The notes below the pieces were generated by a model. The model saw only the letters and a program-made list of their open reading frames with translations, had not been told where the DNA came from and did not search any database. Position numbers and translations under genes: made by a program. From the NCBI RefSeq assembly GCF_018350175.1, contig NC_058373.1, forward strand, positions 114,454,001 through 114,518,000: a stretch of DNA of 64,000 bases, given 5' to 3'. This stretch comes from Felis catus (Eukaryota). This document shows, one piece after another, positions 1-15,800 of this stretch; positions within the stretch are counted from its first letter, which is position 1; every line of letters starts with the position of its first letter.

Positions 1-1480
1 TCATCTTGTGTCCTGGTTTGGAATCGCCACATGACAGATGTCACAATTCTGAACCTGTGACCCGAAAACCCAGCAATGAGCCACAGGGGAACTTAAAATC
101 ACCTATGTAGAAATAAGTAAATGGATGAAGTAAGTCAGACTCTCAGTATTAAGATTCTGGAGGGGGGGGGGGGGGTTACACAGTTTTATACTCGTGACAA
201 CCTGTGGCTTAATCTAAGGAGTTTGAACACATAAGAGAGCCCAGCACCTATCTGCTTTGGGATTTTCATCTGGAATGTGTAATTGAAATTAGATGCATGA
301 TTTTAATTTTGGAGGTGTGAGAGAATTGTTAGTAAACAGCTTTGCACTGCTCCAGAGAACTTGATTTACATTTATAATACTTCAACTGCTTTGTGCTAAG
401 ACTTTGCTGCTTCAATTTGAATTTGCCTTGGTGGGAGTCTGATGTATTGGAAAGAATGAAAATTTGTAAATATGTTTAAAATATTTAAAGGAACTTAATT
501 ATTTTGGGAAATTTAAACGGGGTTGTTTGTGGGTGGTTAACTTAAGATGTATGAATGATTAGGACAAGCAAGAGTGTTTTTACTTTTACAGAAAAAATCA
601 TATTGTCAATATATTAAGACAAGTGTGGTGACCTAAAAAGCTTAAGAAACAGGTTTTAAAATTTTTATCTCTTTAACAGATTGAACATTAAAGTAACTAT
701 AGTCATTTGCCCACATACAAGCATGCTTGAATATTGAAAAGGTCAAATAAGGGAATTTCTCTAAAGGATGTGGAATAACTCAGTAAGCATACTTGCATTG
801 AAAGGACTCTTACACAATTTCTTTTTTAAACAAAGCAGTGAAAAGGTTGACTGATTGTACCTCTGGAAACTGTGGTATGGTAAAGTGCTTGCACCCCAGG
901 TTTAGGAAACTTTCTGGTTGGAACGATTTCCCCTTCTCTTCAACTCCTGTCCCACTGTACCCTTGGTTAGACTTGCGTATAAATAGCTAAAAGAAGCCAT
1001 CTTATATATTGGCCTCTCTCAAAGGACTCTGACCTTCAGAGACCAGCCTCTGGCTTTGTTCCACGGCTCTCCCCGTGCAGCTATACCCACAGCAGACCGA
1101 CGGCTAAACATTTTCTGGACTTTTTACCAGCCAGTGGTAACACTGACAGGAATGTTTCCCAAAGCAAATGCCAACCTCTACCCCAGGTCCTTCCTTCTGA
1201 ATGGCCTTCTTGCCTCTTACCCTGGGAAGTGAGTATTCCAAAATGTTCTAATATTCTTGGAGCTCTATGTGTTACCGCGATGGCTTTCCAAAAGCACTAT
1301 TATTCCCACTTAACAGATAAGGGAACTATAGTGCAGTTTACCCATTTGGGAAATGGCAGTCTACTGCACTATTACTGGTATGATCACTAATTGTCTTTAC
1401 TCCCTGTACTTGAAGTAAAAGCCTCAGGGAGGAGAGACAGGTAAGGAGAAAAAACTACAGAAGCCAGAGCAGTGCACACA

Positions 1481-1826
1481 GATCCCCTGGGGATCTTGTT
1501 AAAATGCAGATTATGGGGTGCCTGCATGGCTCAGTCAGTTAAGCGTCCGACTTTGGCTCAGGTCATGATCTCACAGTTCGTGGGTTCGAGCCCCACATTG
1601 GGATCTGTGCTGACAGCTCAGAGCCGGGAGCCTGCTTGGGATTCTGTGTCTCCCTCTCTCTCTGCCCCTCTCCTGTTTGTACTCTCTTTCAAAAATAAAT
1701 AAACATTAAAAAAAATGCAGATTCTGAGTCTGAAAGTCTGGGGTGGGGCCTGGGACTCTGTATTTCGAGCAAGCTCCCAGGTGATGCTGGACAGCTGTTG
1801 TCTGTGGAACATTTTGAATAGCAAGG
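1481..1826. mobile_element. MER5-like hAT DNA transposon relic, interrupted by a Can-SINE
   Basis: cctgggga..ttgttaaaatgcagatt [SINE] ctg..ggggtggggcct..caagctcccaggtgatgct. Confidence 0.65.
1515..1711 (+). mobile_element. Can-SINE
   Basis: tRNA-derived head, (CT)n tract, A tail; TSD aaaatgcagatt at 1501 and 1712. Confidence 0.92.
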
Positions 1827-2034
1827 GGTGGGAAGGGTTATTGAGACCTCAGTGCGTTCCCTTGTAGCAAAGATACAAGGAAGGGGGGCACAGAGATGTC
1901 ACAGAGCTGTTTCATGCCACAGAAAACAAAGGTAGGACTTATCATTAAACGGCCCCTTCCTTTAATGGGTCACATCTGTGACCTTATTCTCAACTCACAG
2001 GAGCCTTCCGAGGAAACCACCTTTTAAAATAAAG

Positions 2035-2082
2035 GGGGTCGCCTGGGTGGCTCTTTCAGTAAAGAGTCCAACTCTTGGATTG
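2035..2082 (+). mobile_element. Can-SINE head fragment
   Basis: ggggtcgcctgggtggctc...ccaactcttg. Confidence 0.65.
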
Positions 2083-2211
2083 ACTATGCCAAGGTCAGAA
2101 ACATATTAAGGTTGGGTACAGGTGGCCCCCATCATCCTTGACCCCACATACGCACTTCTGGAAAACAGTAAGCAAGGAGCAAGCAAAAAGCGGTCATGGG
2201 AACGCTGTCGC

Positions 2212-2419
2212 TTTAATATGGTGTGTGACAAGCAATACCAAAGTTGTCCACACTCTCCGATCTTGTTCTGACCATTTTTAATAGGCAGTATTAAAATTAA
2301 AGGGAAAATAGTGTGTGCTGATAAAGAACCTAACCACACTTCTGGACTTAAAAACGAGAAGACAAGCCACATAAATTCTCTCCCTTAGAAAACAGCCATT
2401 TCAAAAGATTTTCTTTAAT
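2212..2419 (-). terminator. Candidate polyadenylation signals ATTAAA at 2414-2419, 2277-2282 and 2212-2217
   Basis: The plus strand reads tttaat at each site, with U/GU-rich sequence downstream on the minus strand. No AATAAA was seen in the UTR. Confidence 0.6.
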
Positions 2420-2819
2420 ATCATAAAATATTCTCATGGACAAGTGAGCTAGCAAACACACATGCACCAATGTGCCTTTTGACAAGATCCCCCCACCCCC
2501 ACCCCCACCCCCACATCAAGGTGGACATGAGATTGGCGAAATGAATACAGCAGATGATACAGAGAGGAAAAAAAAATCGATAAAAAGTATGGAATATAAC
2601 ATTGTGCTTGGTTATTTTCCTATGTCACAACAAAACAAAACATTTCGGTGCAAACAGTTAATTTTTCCTCTTTTCCATTGAAGTCTGGTGGAGAAAAAAA
2701 TACTTTTTCTATAATAAAATATGTGGTTTTTTGGTGTTTTTTTTTGTTTTTTGTTTTTCCTTTTTTTAATGTAACTTTTTTTTTTCTTTTTTTTGCAGAA
2801 AATAATTTTGTAAACTGTC

Positions 2820-3240
<421 letters not shown>

Positions 3241-4381
3241 GCATGTGTGTGCACACATATCCACGTGTACACCAAGTATACACGTGTGTTTATTATGCAT
3301 ACACAGGCATACATATACACCACGAAATACACAGGCATTTAAAATCTCCTGTTTGCCATTTCAACACCGACTTTGGCCGGCTTCCAAGCTAATTCCAAGT
3401 GGGAACTGCACCTGTAATTTCATGTACCACTCTAGTCTGCAGGAACCATGGGCAGGATCAACACCAGCAGGTACTCTGGTGGAAGACAGGGGACCCCACA
3501 CCCACTCAAGGTGGGCTCTATGGAGGTCGTGTCATTTCATCAAATACAGTGAGCATCCAAGTTTGACACCCGGCTGCTGTCTCCTCCACCGCGTTGGCAG
3601 GTCTTGGGCCTGCCCCCGCCCCCACCCGGCCTGGCTCCCGGTCTAGGTTATCTGCTTGCCCATGACAGGCCTCCTTGGAAGCTGCTTCTCTTGGGAGCTT
3701 CAGGCTCCAGAAGGGCTCACTCACAGGATCTGACCCACAAGGTGGGCCCCTAGCCCCATGCCCTACTTCTTGCCAGAGTCCCCTAGGAACCAGTTTCAAG
3801 GAGGGTGGGGTTGATCAGATCCCTCCAGAAGTCAGGAGACCAGGCCCCAGAGTCACTTCAACAAGGTGGTTTCTGAGGGTCATTCCAGCTCTAGGTATGA
3901 CTCTGATAAGGTGTCCCTGAACTTAAATCAGATCTTTAGGAACCTCTATAGGTTCAGTCTTTTTTCCCTTATGGATTGAGGCATTTCCAAAATCATAAAT
4001 CCCTATTGGCTTTCGTTTTTTATAATTGAATCTTTCCCGTCTGAAAGGAAAGGATGGCATGAAGGATTAAAGGAAATCTGGCCTCTAGAATCCCTGCTTT
4101 GCTAGTTTCCCTTGGTGCTCCCACTTTTCCACTGCCAGGCAGGGAACTTGGGAAATTTGGAAACCAAAACGGATTGCTGCTTGGGGTAGACAAATGCGAG
4201 ACATGCTTCCCTCCTGCTCCCCTCCAACCTTCCACACCTATGCCCAGAGTGATGTAAGGGTGACATCACCCTTACATCACTCAGTCACATACTCCCCCGA
4301 CCCCCACTCTACCCACCTCTGCCACTCATCACTCCATCCCAAGTGTGAAGGAGTCCCACGCCCTGGCAGGAGACCCCTTTA

Positions 4382-4771
<390 letters not shown>

Positions 4772-4964
4772 CTATGGTCCTGAAGCCCCAGGGGGCTCAG
4801 AGTAGCCTGAGGCTGTCAGAGGCGGGGCACAGGGGCCCTCTGACCTAACCTGGGCTGTCCTGAGGGCATGACAGGGACACAACATCTAGGAGTGGAGACC
4901 CGGTTCAGGCTTCCCGCCCCCCTGCAGGTTCCCGGGGGAGCAAATGCTGATAATGCCGGTCACA

Positions 4965-5195
4965 GCTGTAATCACAACCACTGCACGCCAGGCGCTACTC
5001 TAACCACCACACACGTTTCATCTCACTTAACCCTCACCACGACCATAGGACACGGGCATTTATTATTTCCATCAGGCTTCCACATGAGAAACCCGAGGCC
5101 CGGACGGGCTTGGTGACTTGCTCAAGGTCACACGACCAGTAAGTAGTAGAGTTGGGACTTGAACTTGGATGGTCTGCCTCCACAGCCTGTGCTCT
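4965..5195 (-). mobile_element. MIR
   Basis: MIR core: atgagaaacccgaggc...gtgacttgctcaaggtcacac...agtaagt...gggacttgaac. Confidence 0.7.
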
Positions 5196-5903
5196 CCCCA
5201 CCACCCCGTACTTTGTGTGTCAGACGTACTTTGTGTGCCCAGCATTCAGGGAAGTTCCTTCATTTAACCCTTACGACAGGCCTGCAGGGTTCCCCTGGTC
5301 CCCAAGCTGGAGCTGGGATTTACTCCTGGGCTCCCCACATAGACAGCCTGCGCCCTTGCTCTGCCCTGGGCAGCCCACAAGCTCTGCGCTCTGCATCATG
5401 GCTCAGGAGCTGCCCGGCCGCCCAGGTAGGCCCCTGCTCTGCTCAGAAGGCCTGCTTGGGGGCAGACCACTGAGAAAGTTGTGAAGGCCAAGGGGCGGCA
5501 GGCGTGGCTGGAGCCCCCACCGGGGCAGAGACAGAAATCTCTTGCTTCATGAAAAGACAAAGTAGAGCCAACTCGGGGCCAGAAAGGCCAAACTACCAGT
5601 CCTTCCTGCTGGCCTTGGGGTCAGCCCCGCCATCTGCCATGGGAGTGAAAAAGCCCATCTCCACAGTAAGTACCAAAAGACAACGCCAGCACCGAGACGG
5701 AGGGGAGAAGGCCAGGCCTCGGGGACACGCACAGGCCACGAGGCCGGGCCCAGACTTCAGGGCACCATCTTCCCCACCGACCAGAATCTTGAGGGCCCTC
5801 CGGGGAGAGCAGCCCCTAGCCTGGGGCCTCCAGCCTGCCCTGGCCAGGACTTGGCTTCTCTGGCCAGCTGGCTGGCCCTCGCCAGAACAGAGGGTGGGGT
5901 TTA

Positions 5904-6365
<462 letters not shown>

Positions 6366-6414
6366 CTCGCCCCGGATGCCACCCCTGAGCGTGCTCCATG
6401 CAGGAGGCGAGTAC

Positions 6415-6495
6415 CTGGGGGTCGTTGCCAATATCATAACCCAAGCTGATGAGGCAGGCTTTGAACTCCTCGGGACCCAGCGTGCCGGAGTGATC
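6415..6495 (-). CDS. ACTN1: ACTN1 exon 19a, NM (81 nt), [27 protein letters not shown]; non-muscle, Ca2+-sensitive EF-hand
   Basis: cccag|GAT acceptor; CAG|gtactc donor; phase 0/0. Confidence 0.97.
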
Positions 6496-6681
6496 CTGGG
6501 GCCGCCGTGCGCCAGGCAGCGAGCCATGCGGTGCCAGGGAGGTGGAGGCCGTGAGGGGAGGGGGGTGGGCCATGCCCCGGGTGGAGGGTGGTGTGTGTGG
6601 GGAGACACAGGGACAAAGGCATGCGGACGGAGAGGGTGGAGGGTGGAAGGGGCAGGGGAGGAGGGGAAATAAAAGTGCACA

Positions 6682-6690
6682 CGGTTAGAC
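6682..6690 (-). promoter_or_regulatory. Distant branch point of the NM exon (TCTAAC, branch A 6685, about -190)
   Basis: Consensus CTAAC inside an AG-free zone (6498-6715), followed by a pyrimidine tract. Confidence 0.75.
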
Positions 6691-7337
6691 ACACGGACGA
6701 GGTCCAGAGGGTGCCCTCTCCCTGGCACACACAGCCCTGCTCCGGGAAGCAGGCCAGAGGGGAGCACGGTGAGCCGTGGGGGTGCCCAGCCCACCCCAGC
6801 CCCAATGCCCAGACCCGGCTTTCTAAGAGGGCCTCACCCACCTCACCCAAGAGGCTGGAGGACAGTGAAGCAGGCAGAGGTGGTGGGCAGCACCTGGCCC
6901 CATGCTTCCACCCCTCTGGCCGCCCCGGAGCCCCAGGGCACTGGGAGGGGCAGCCCACACAGAACCCAGCCTGTCCCTGAGCTAGGATGAGAACCCATGA
7001 CTTAACATCACTGACACCCCCATAGCGTCTCCCGAAGGCTGTGGGGTGGGGTGGGGGGTGCGGTGGGGAGGAAGCCTCTGCTCCTCTGTCCTGAGGCAGA
7101 GGCAAGTGATAGTCCCCACAGCCAGGGGACATCAGGCCTGCCCTTAAGGCCATGGTAGCCTTGCTCCCAAGGGTTGACCCCTCGTGGCAGAAGAGCAAGT
7201 GTCGTGGGCCAAATAGCCTGTCTCTACCCACTACATGAGCTCTTGCTTCAGAAAAGCAGGGAAATTCACAGGACACCAGGACAGGTTGATAGCACTTCCT
7301 GCCCAGGAACTGGCCCGGCATGGCCGTCCATCCCCTA

Positions 7338-7547
<210 letters not shown>

Positions 7548-7946
7548 CTAGGGGTGCATGAGGGGCCTGTCATCAAAGGGCACCCCCCCAGGCCCGGACC
7601 CAGGCCGCTCATGGCTACTCCCTTCCCCCAACTGTCAAAATGGCCCAAGCAATCAAATCCAGCCTTCTGTCCAGATTTACAGCATCACCAGGACAAGGAC
7701 AACACACTCTCTAGGACAGAGAACCCAGATGATGATCAGGGAAGTTCAGGCAGGTCGGTGGCCTCTGCCTGGGACAGCAGAGACCAGAACTGACAGCGTG
7801 GGTCAGGTCAGGAAGGAGGGCAGGTTTGGTAGAGGGAAGGATTAAAGAACAAAGCCTGGGTAATTCCCCGTACATCCTGCTCTGTGACCTCACGTACGTG
7901 CCTTCGTGGCCCGAACAATTCATCGCCTGGAAAGCAGGTGCCTAAG

Positions 7947-8125
7947 CCAGTGTTTGGAGACCACCCGCATCTGAATCACCAGGGTGCTTGTTAAAAATTT
8001 TGATTCCTCAGCCCCACCCCAGACCTTGTGAATCAAATTCTGGAGATGGAGCCTGAAAGTCTGCATACTCAACAAGCTCCCTGGAAATTCAGAAGGCCCT
8101 GAGGACTGAAGACCCTGAGCTCTAG
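7947..8125. mobile_element. MER5-like DNA transposon relic
   Basis: gcatctgaatcacc..gtgcttgttaaaa..gattcctcagccccaccccagac..caacaagctccc. Confidence 0.65.
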
Positions 8126-8152
8126 GAGTGAGAAGCAGTGTGTATCCCCTCA

Positions 8153-8503
<351 letters not shown>

Positions 8504-9393
8504 CTACCCCACTCTGCGCCCCTAGGGTAAGGACTGGGGTGCCTAGGTCATCAGTCAGCCCCTCAGATGATTCCTCAGTTCCTACTCCAGCCCCAGGGAA
8601 CCTGTCAGTGGTAATTAGTAAGCCGAGAACAAGACACATTCAGCAGGGACGCACTTTGGCATGGAAACAGCATCATAAAGGGGTATGACAAACACTGTCA
8701 TCATCAGATGAAATACTTCCTGTCTCTCAAGTAGCTCTCAACCTCAGAAAGGGGCTGCAAGGTCAGTTGCTAACCTAAATGCTCATTCCCCTGCTTGCCA
8801 TTCAAACTCCCCGCCCAAGCCTTGTTCCCAACTGTCACCCATCTCAGGGACTCTCTCTGTGCCCAGGGAGCCAGATTCCTCACAGCCTCAGAGCACCGGA
8901 CTTACCTCCTCAGTGGCTATGCCTGCCTTGGCCTGCCTCAATCCCACCTGCCCCATGGGCCAGGCCTAATCCCCCTTCCTGTCTGTCCTTCATCCATGTA
9001 AACAAACATTTGGAAAAGCCCTTTCTGTGCGCTCAATTCGATCCAGGAAATATTTCCTGAGCACCTACTATGCACAATGTGCTAAGCAGATAGGGCTGGG
9101 GTACAGGAGAGACACAAACATGACCTTAAGATGGTCTTTGCCCTCAAGGAGCTCAGAGGGACACCATGCTCTAACCCTAGCAGTGCCCCCTTCCCTGATC
9201 TACAGAACCCCAATATCTGGCCCAACGATTCAATAAAAAGTTCTATGCCTGCCCGAGTCTCGGTTCTCTCTCTGGAAAGATCCTCCTCTTTGCTCAGGAG
9301 GAAGGGAGGCCTGGTTAGCCAAATAAGCCGAAGTAAGCTAGTCAGTTCCCCAGGCACTCATCCCTCCATGGGACTTTCTCAGGTGGCTCTTCA

Positions 9394-9774
<381 letters not shown>

Positions 9775-10062
9775 TCACAGAACCTTGGGAATGGACCAGC
9801 CACCTGCCCCATTCTTCAGATCAGGGAATGGAGGAGCCATGAAGGGAAGGGGCCAGTCAGTAAATAGAACAAGAGTGAACATGTTGACCTGTTCCAGAAA
9901 TTCAGTCATTCATTAACTTGGCAGAGGAACGCTTGCCATGTAATGATGAAATAAAAAAATAAATAAAATCAATGAAAATCAACAACAAAAAAAGGTAAAA
10001 TCCCTGCCCTCATAAAACTTGCAATGGCTCGGCCACAACGTCCCACCAGCCCTTGGACTCAC

Positions 10063-10245
10063 GTGGTCCCACTTGCTATTGATCTCCTGAGGAGTGATGG
10101 TTGTGTAGGGGTTGGTGCCCGCCATGTTGACGTGGTAGGTCTGGACAATCTTGGACACCTCGTTGTGGATACCCAGGATGGCCAGGCGTTCCTTGTCGGC
10201 ATCAGGGAGGGTGGCCTTGAACTGCTCGTGGGCTGTGGTCAGTCC
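10063..10245 (-). CDS. ACTN1: ACTN1 exon 15 (183 nt), [15 protein letters not shown]...QEINSKWDH
   Basis: tccag|GGA acceptor; CAC|gtgagt donor. Confidence 0.97.
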
Positions 10246-10960
10246 CTGGATGCAAGAGAAACACAGTGACTGGTGCCTCGTGTGGGCAAGATGAACTACG
10301 GGAGCCCTACAGGTCCCAGGGTAGAGGTGGGTGGGAAGGCCACTGAAGGCATGGCCCCACACCAGCGGGGAGACCTGGAGCATCAACCAAGGATGCTCAT
10401 GGCTGAGAACCAGGAGAGCAGGGCTGGCCACGGGGAGGTGAAGGCAGAGCCATTAAAGCAACCGCTTCATGCCTGTGGCTGGTAAAGTCAGGGGCGACCA
10501 CCCTAGAGTGTGCACCGCCCCGCAGTCAGGTCGGGGACAAGTCTGCTTCCCAGGTGACCTCCCCCAACCCAGGCTCTCCCTCTGCAAAATCTTTTAAACC
10601 TAATACACCACAGCTGTATAAAAGAATGGGGAAGTGGTTTATTACAATGCAATGAGCTCCAAGATATTTAAAGATAAAGGGTTCAGAATACAGTACCCAA
10701 CAAAAGCTACTTTTTGTGTTAAAAAGGGGTATGGGGAAGAACGTGTTAATAAATAAATCTATTTGCCTGCATGTGCAGAGACTGCGGGGCTGGGGGACAA
10801 AGGTAGGAGGGACAATTTATCGTATATTCTTTTTACCTTTTCGGTTTTACACGACCTGCATAAATTACCTAGTCAAAATAAATAAAATGCAATTCTTCCA
10901 AACCTATCAACTCCTTGCTCGCTATCTCCATTCCCCCATCCTCTCCCTAGAGAGCAGTCA

Positions 10961-11185
<225 letters not shown>

Positions 11186-11387
11186 CTAGGAATGGCAGTT
11201 GAGGGGAGGGGGTGGATAGAAGGGTTGCAGCAGAGTCAGATCCAGAATCACCACTCCCTGCTCCCCCCACCCCTGAACCCCCAAGGTCCTCCCGGCCAGC
11301 CACAAGGGGTCCAAGTCTGGAAGCACCAGACTGTCAGACCGAAAGAATAGACTTTCTCTGGGACACTACTTCTTAATGTGGGGTCTA

Positions 11388-11810
<423 letters not shown>

Positions 11811-12065
11811 TTACCTCCATGGCCTGCTCTCTTCTCCCTGGGGCTATGGGTGCGCTCCCTTCACCAAGACCTTCCACGTGCCCTCCCACCCCCAACTCCG
11901 TGGCTTTCAGAGGACCACTGGGAGATGAATGAAGGCCCGTTCTAAGGCCCCCCCTGCACCTGAGCTGGAGGCGATGCAGTCTTGACCCCAATGTCCAATG
12001 GCAGGGAGCCACTGAGGCCCAGCGAGAGCTCAGAGTGCACATGGTCATCCTCTGGTCCTGCACTA

Positions 12066-12545
<480 letters not shown>

Positions 12546-13177
12546 TCATCTGCAGTTCGAGAAAGCAGATGTGCAACTGAACATCCCCTACGGGGCCAGG
12601 TAAGGGAAGTTACTACCTTCCATGGAACATGTACCACGTTCCATGGCCATGAGGAGCAGTTACATACAAAGGCTGCGCAGGGCTATGCCCTATGGTATAA
12701 CCAGGAAAAAACAAGCCAGGCACCTCAGGGGCACCCCATCTTTAGAGTTTCTCCAGCTATTGTTGCTAGCCCCCAGCAGCCCTGCAGGGACCCCTCCCCT
12801 GAATTAGTCTCAGTTTCTCAGCATGTCTAGTGCCCTCTGCAAATAATCCACCACTGGCCAGAATATTCCCTGTCAGGGACACTGCCCTCTCTTTAGGAGT
12901 GGGGCAGGGCTTGCATTTCTTGGATCCCTCTTTTCCAGGAGGAAATGGGATGAGAAATGAACCTCTTGGGGCTGTCACTACATGACGTCCACCAGCTGTC
13001 TCGGGAAACACCCGGTACCAGACTGGGGCTGCCCTGGCCTTGCCCACACGCCCACCTTCCACGTCTGTGTCCACCAGGGATGTTCTGCCCTGCTCAGCAA
13101 ACGAAAGCTGGGCCGTGAGGTCGGAGACTGTGCCTCATGTGGCCCTCCTTCCCTTCCCTCTACTTCTCTTTCCTTTG

Positions 13178-13208
<31 letters not shown>

Positions 13209-13305
13209 TATTTTTAAGTCATCTCTGCACCCAATGTGGGGCTCGAATTCAAGATTGTGAGATCAAGAGTTGCACGCTCCCCTGACTGAGCTAGCCAGGC
13301 ACCCC
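13178..13305 (-). mobile_element. Short-type (older) Can-SINE
   Basis: Poly-T, then tctctgcacccaatgtggggctcgaa...actgagctagccaggcacccc. Confidence 0.85.
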
Positions 13306-14563
13306 TCCGCTTTCTTTTTTCTTTAAGTCCAAATAATAATATGACAAGTTTAGGGGAAAAAATTACAGATGAGCCTACCTATCTACCCCTTTTCAGTCTT
13401 TCCTTATACGGAGGCTGTGGTAAGACCATAGGGTATATGTAAATTCTGTTTCCTGCTTTTCAAACATTCAGCAGCACACCATCAGAGTCTGCCTTGGCGC
13501 CAGCTTTCCCACGTGCCCCCTCCGGTGGCCAGCGTTCCATCACGTGGCCGAACCACCAGTGGTGTAACCACCTGCCGCCCTACCGTGTGGCATTCAGGGC
13601 CCTCGGCTTGTGCTATTATAGAGGGTCTCATGGCAACCATCCGCAGACGTGTGATTTCCCCACATTTAGGGTTAATTCTTTAGACAGTCTCAAGAATTCC
13701 TAGGTCAGCAGGCAAGAACACCGTTAGGTGGGGATGTGTGTCACCGGACTGCTTTGCCCAGGGGCTGCGCCCGCGTCTGCCGCCAGCGTGCCGGCACTTC
13801 TCATGTCCTTGCCGGCGGCTGGCCAGCTGATGGGGTCCCTGCTCTGTACCTTTCTGTGAGCGGTTCCTTGGCCCTGGAGAGGACATGATAGAAGCGCATG
13901 GGTGAACTGGTACAGTTTCTAGTACTCTGCACCATCCGTACCTACATAAAGAACTTCGCACATGTGTGGGGGGGCAGGGGGGCAGCGACCTCACATCCTA
14001 GCGTTCTTATAACACGGAGCGAAACCCAACCTCCTCAGGCTGAGTCAAGCACACTCCCGTCTCCTACCAAGCCGGGCAGCTCCTGAGTGGCCACAGCGTA
14101 CGGCTGTCCCTAATCGTCTCCAGCCTGAGATCAGAGGAGCCCAATGGAGCCCAATGGGGGAGTCTGGGGACATTGTGCCCCAGCAGCCAATAGGGTCTGC
14201 CGCAGGGGCTCCAGCCGAAGTGGCTGCAGAACCCTAGGAGGCGGGCGGCGTGGATTCTTCTCCAGCTCTGGCCCAGGTTCTGGGGAAAAGACGATTCCAG
14301 GTGTGATTCTCTCTCTTTGGAGTTAACTTCGGCCGTCAACAAGCAGACACCAGACATGGCCCCAAATGCCTCTGAGTTGGAGTAATGGAAACACATTTGT
14401 GCTAACAGGGAAAAGGCTCTAGGTCACTATAATTGGGGCCAGAAGGCAGTGGAGGAAGAATATCCAGGGCTACCATTTACTGAGTACATTCTACGTGTCA
14501 TGCACTAATCTAAGCATAAAAGGTACTTGTGATACTTATGCCTACAACGATCCTACGAGGTGG

Positions 14564-15213
14564 TATGCTGAGTTGAACAGGGTCCCCCAAAACTCATGTC
14601 AACCCAGAACCTCAGAATCTGGGCTTATTTGAAAATAAAGTCTCGGGGCACCTGGGTGGTTCAGTCGGGTTAAGCGTCTGACTCTGGATTTCGGCTCAGG
14701 TCATGACCTCAATGTTTGTGAGTTTGAGCCCCAAATCGGGCTCTGTGCTGAGAGTGCAGAGCCTGCCTGGGATTCTCTCTCTTCCTCTCTCTGTCCCTTC
14801 CCACCCCCCTCAAAAATAAATAAATAAGCATTAAAAAAAAAAAAAAGGAAAAAGAAAACAGGGTCTTTGTAGATGCAATTAGTTAAGATGAGGTCATATG
14901 AGATTAGGGAGGCGACTAAATCCAATGACTGGTGTCTTTATTAGCAAAGGAAAGAGAAATTCCGTCACTGAGACGTAGAAGCAGCCATGTGGGGACGGAG
15001 GCAGGGAATGAACTAAGTCAGTGACACCAAGGATGGCCAGCAACCCCAGACGCCAGGAAGCAGCACAGATGGCCTCCGGCTCAGAGCCTCCAGAAGGCAT
15101 CAATTCTGCCGACGCTTTCCCTTAGAACCCCTCCTGACCTGTGAGAGAACACGTTTCTGTTAAGCCAGCCAGTGTGTGGTCATTTGTTCTGGTGGCCCTA
15201 GGAAGCTAACACA
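14564..15213 (+). mobile_element. MLT1-family (ERVL-MaLR) solo LTR, split by a Can-SINE and itself inside a MIR
   Basis: gttgaa..gtcccccaaaa..agaacctcagaat..gggtctttgtagatgcaattagttaagatgaggtcat...ccctaggaagctaacaca. Confidence 0.8.
14645..14853 (+). mobile_element. Can-SINE
   Basis: Head, (CT)n tract and A tail. Confidence 0.9.
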
Positions 15214-15374
15214 GGAGAGGACACACGATCATCTGCATGTTACAGAAGTTGCTGGTCCAAATGTACTCTGCTTCTAGGTGGTAGAGTCGGGATTCGAACC
15301 CCAACCTAACGGACTCAGGGAAGAAGAAATCATCACGGTGACAAGAACCATCAACAAATTACACACACACAGCA

Positions 15375-15560
15375 TCGTACCATGCCAGGAACTCTTCTCG
15401 ATGCTTCAGATGTAGTAATCCATCAAATTCTCATAAACCTATGAAGTTGATACTCTGATTATCCCCACTTTGCAGACGAGGAAACTGAGGCAACCAAAGG
15501 GCTGATGAACTTGTCTAACATCGAGCAACCAGTAAGACACAAGGCAGAACAAACCAAAAA
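15375..15560 (-). mobile_element. MIR
   Basis: attatccccactttgcagacgaggaaactgaggc. Confidence 0.7.
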
Positions 15561-15652
15561 GCAGGAGAGAAAGGAGTCGTGGCCTGGCAGTTCAGTCAGC
15601 GGAGCACGAGGGTCAGAACCCTCCAGGAGGCAGGAGGTCAGGCTGGCCTTAC

Positions 15653-15800
15653 CGTCCGTCCAGGCCTCGTGGATGGAGGCTTTCTGCCGGAATTTCTCTG
15701 CCAGGTGGTCGAGCCGCTCCAGCCTCCGGATCTCGTTCAGCAGCCACTCCTCGTAGCCCTTCTCTGCCTGCTCTAGGCAGCCCCAGGCATTGTTGATGTC
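15653..15800 (-). CDS. ACTN1: ACTN1 exon 11 (148 nt), [15 protein letters not shown]...ASIHEAWTD(G)
   Basis: tacag|GAC acceptor; GACG|gtaagg donor. Confidence 0.97.

Noticed and set aside
5207..5240. Direct repeat cgtactttgtgtg x2
   Set aside because: A simple local slippage duplication with two copies only; no CRISPR-like array exists anywhere in the window.
6434..7321. 295-aa minus-strand ORF through intron 18
   Set aside because: GC-rich intronic sequence, out of frame with the NM exon, with no protein family resemblance.
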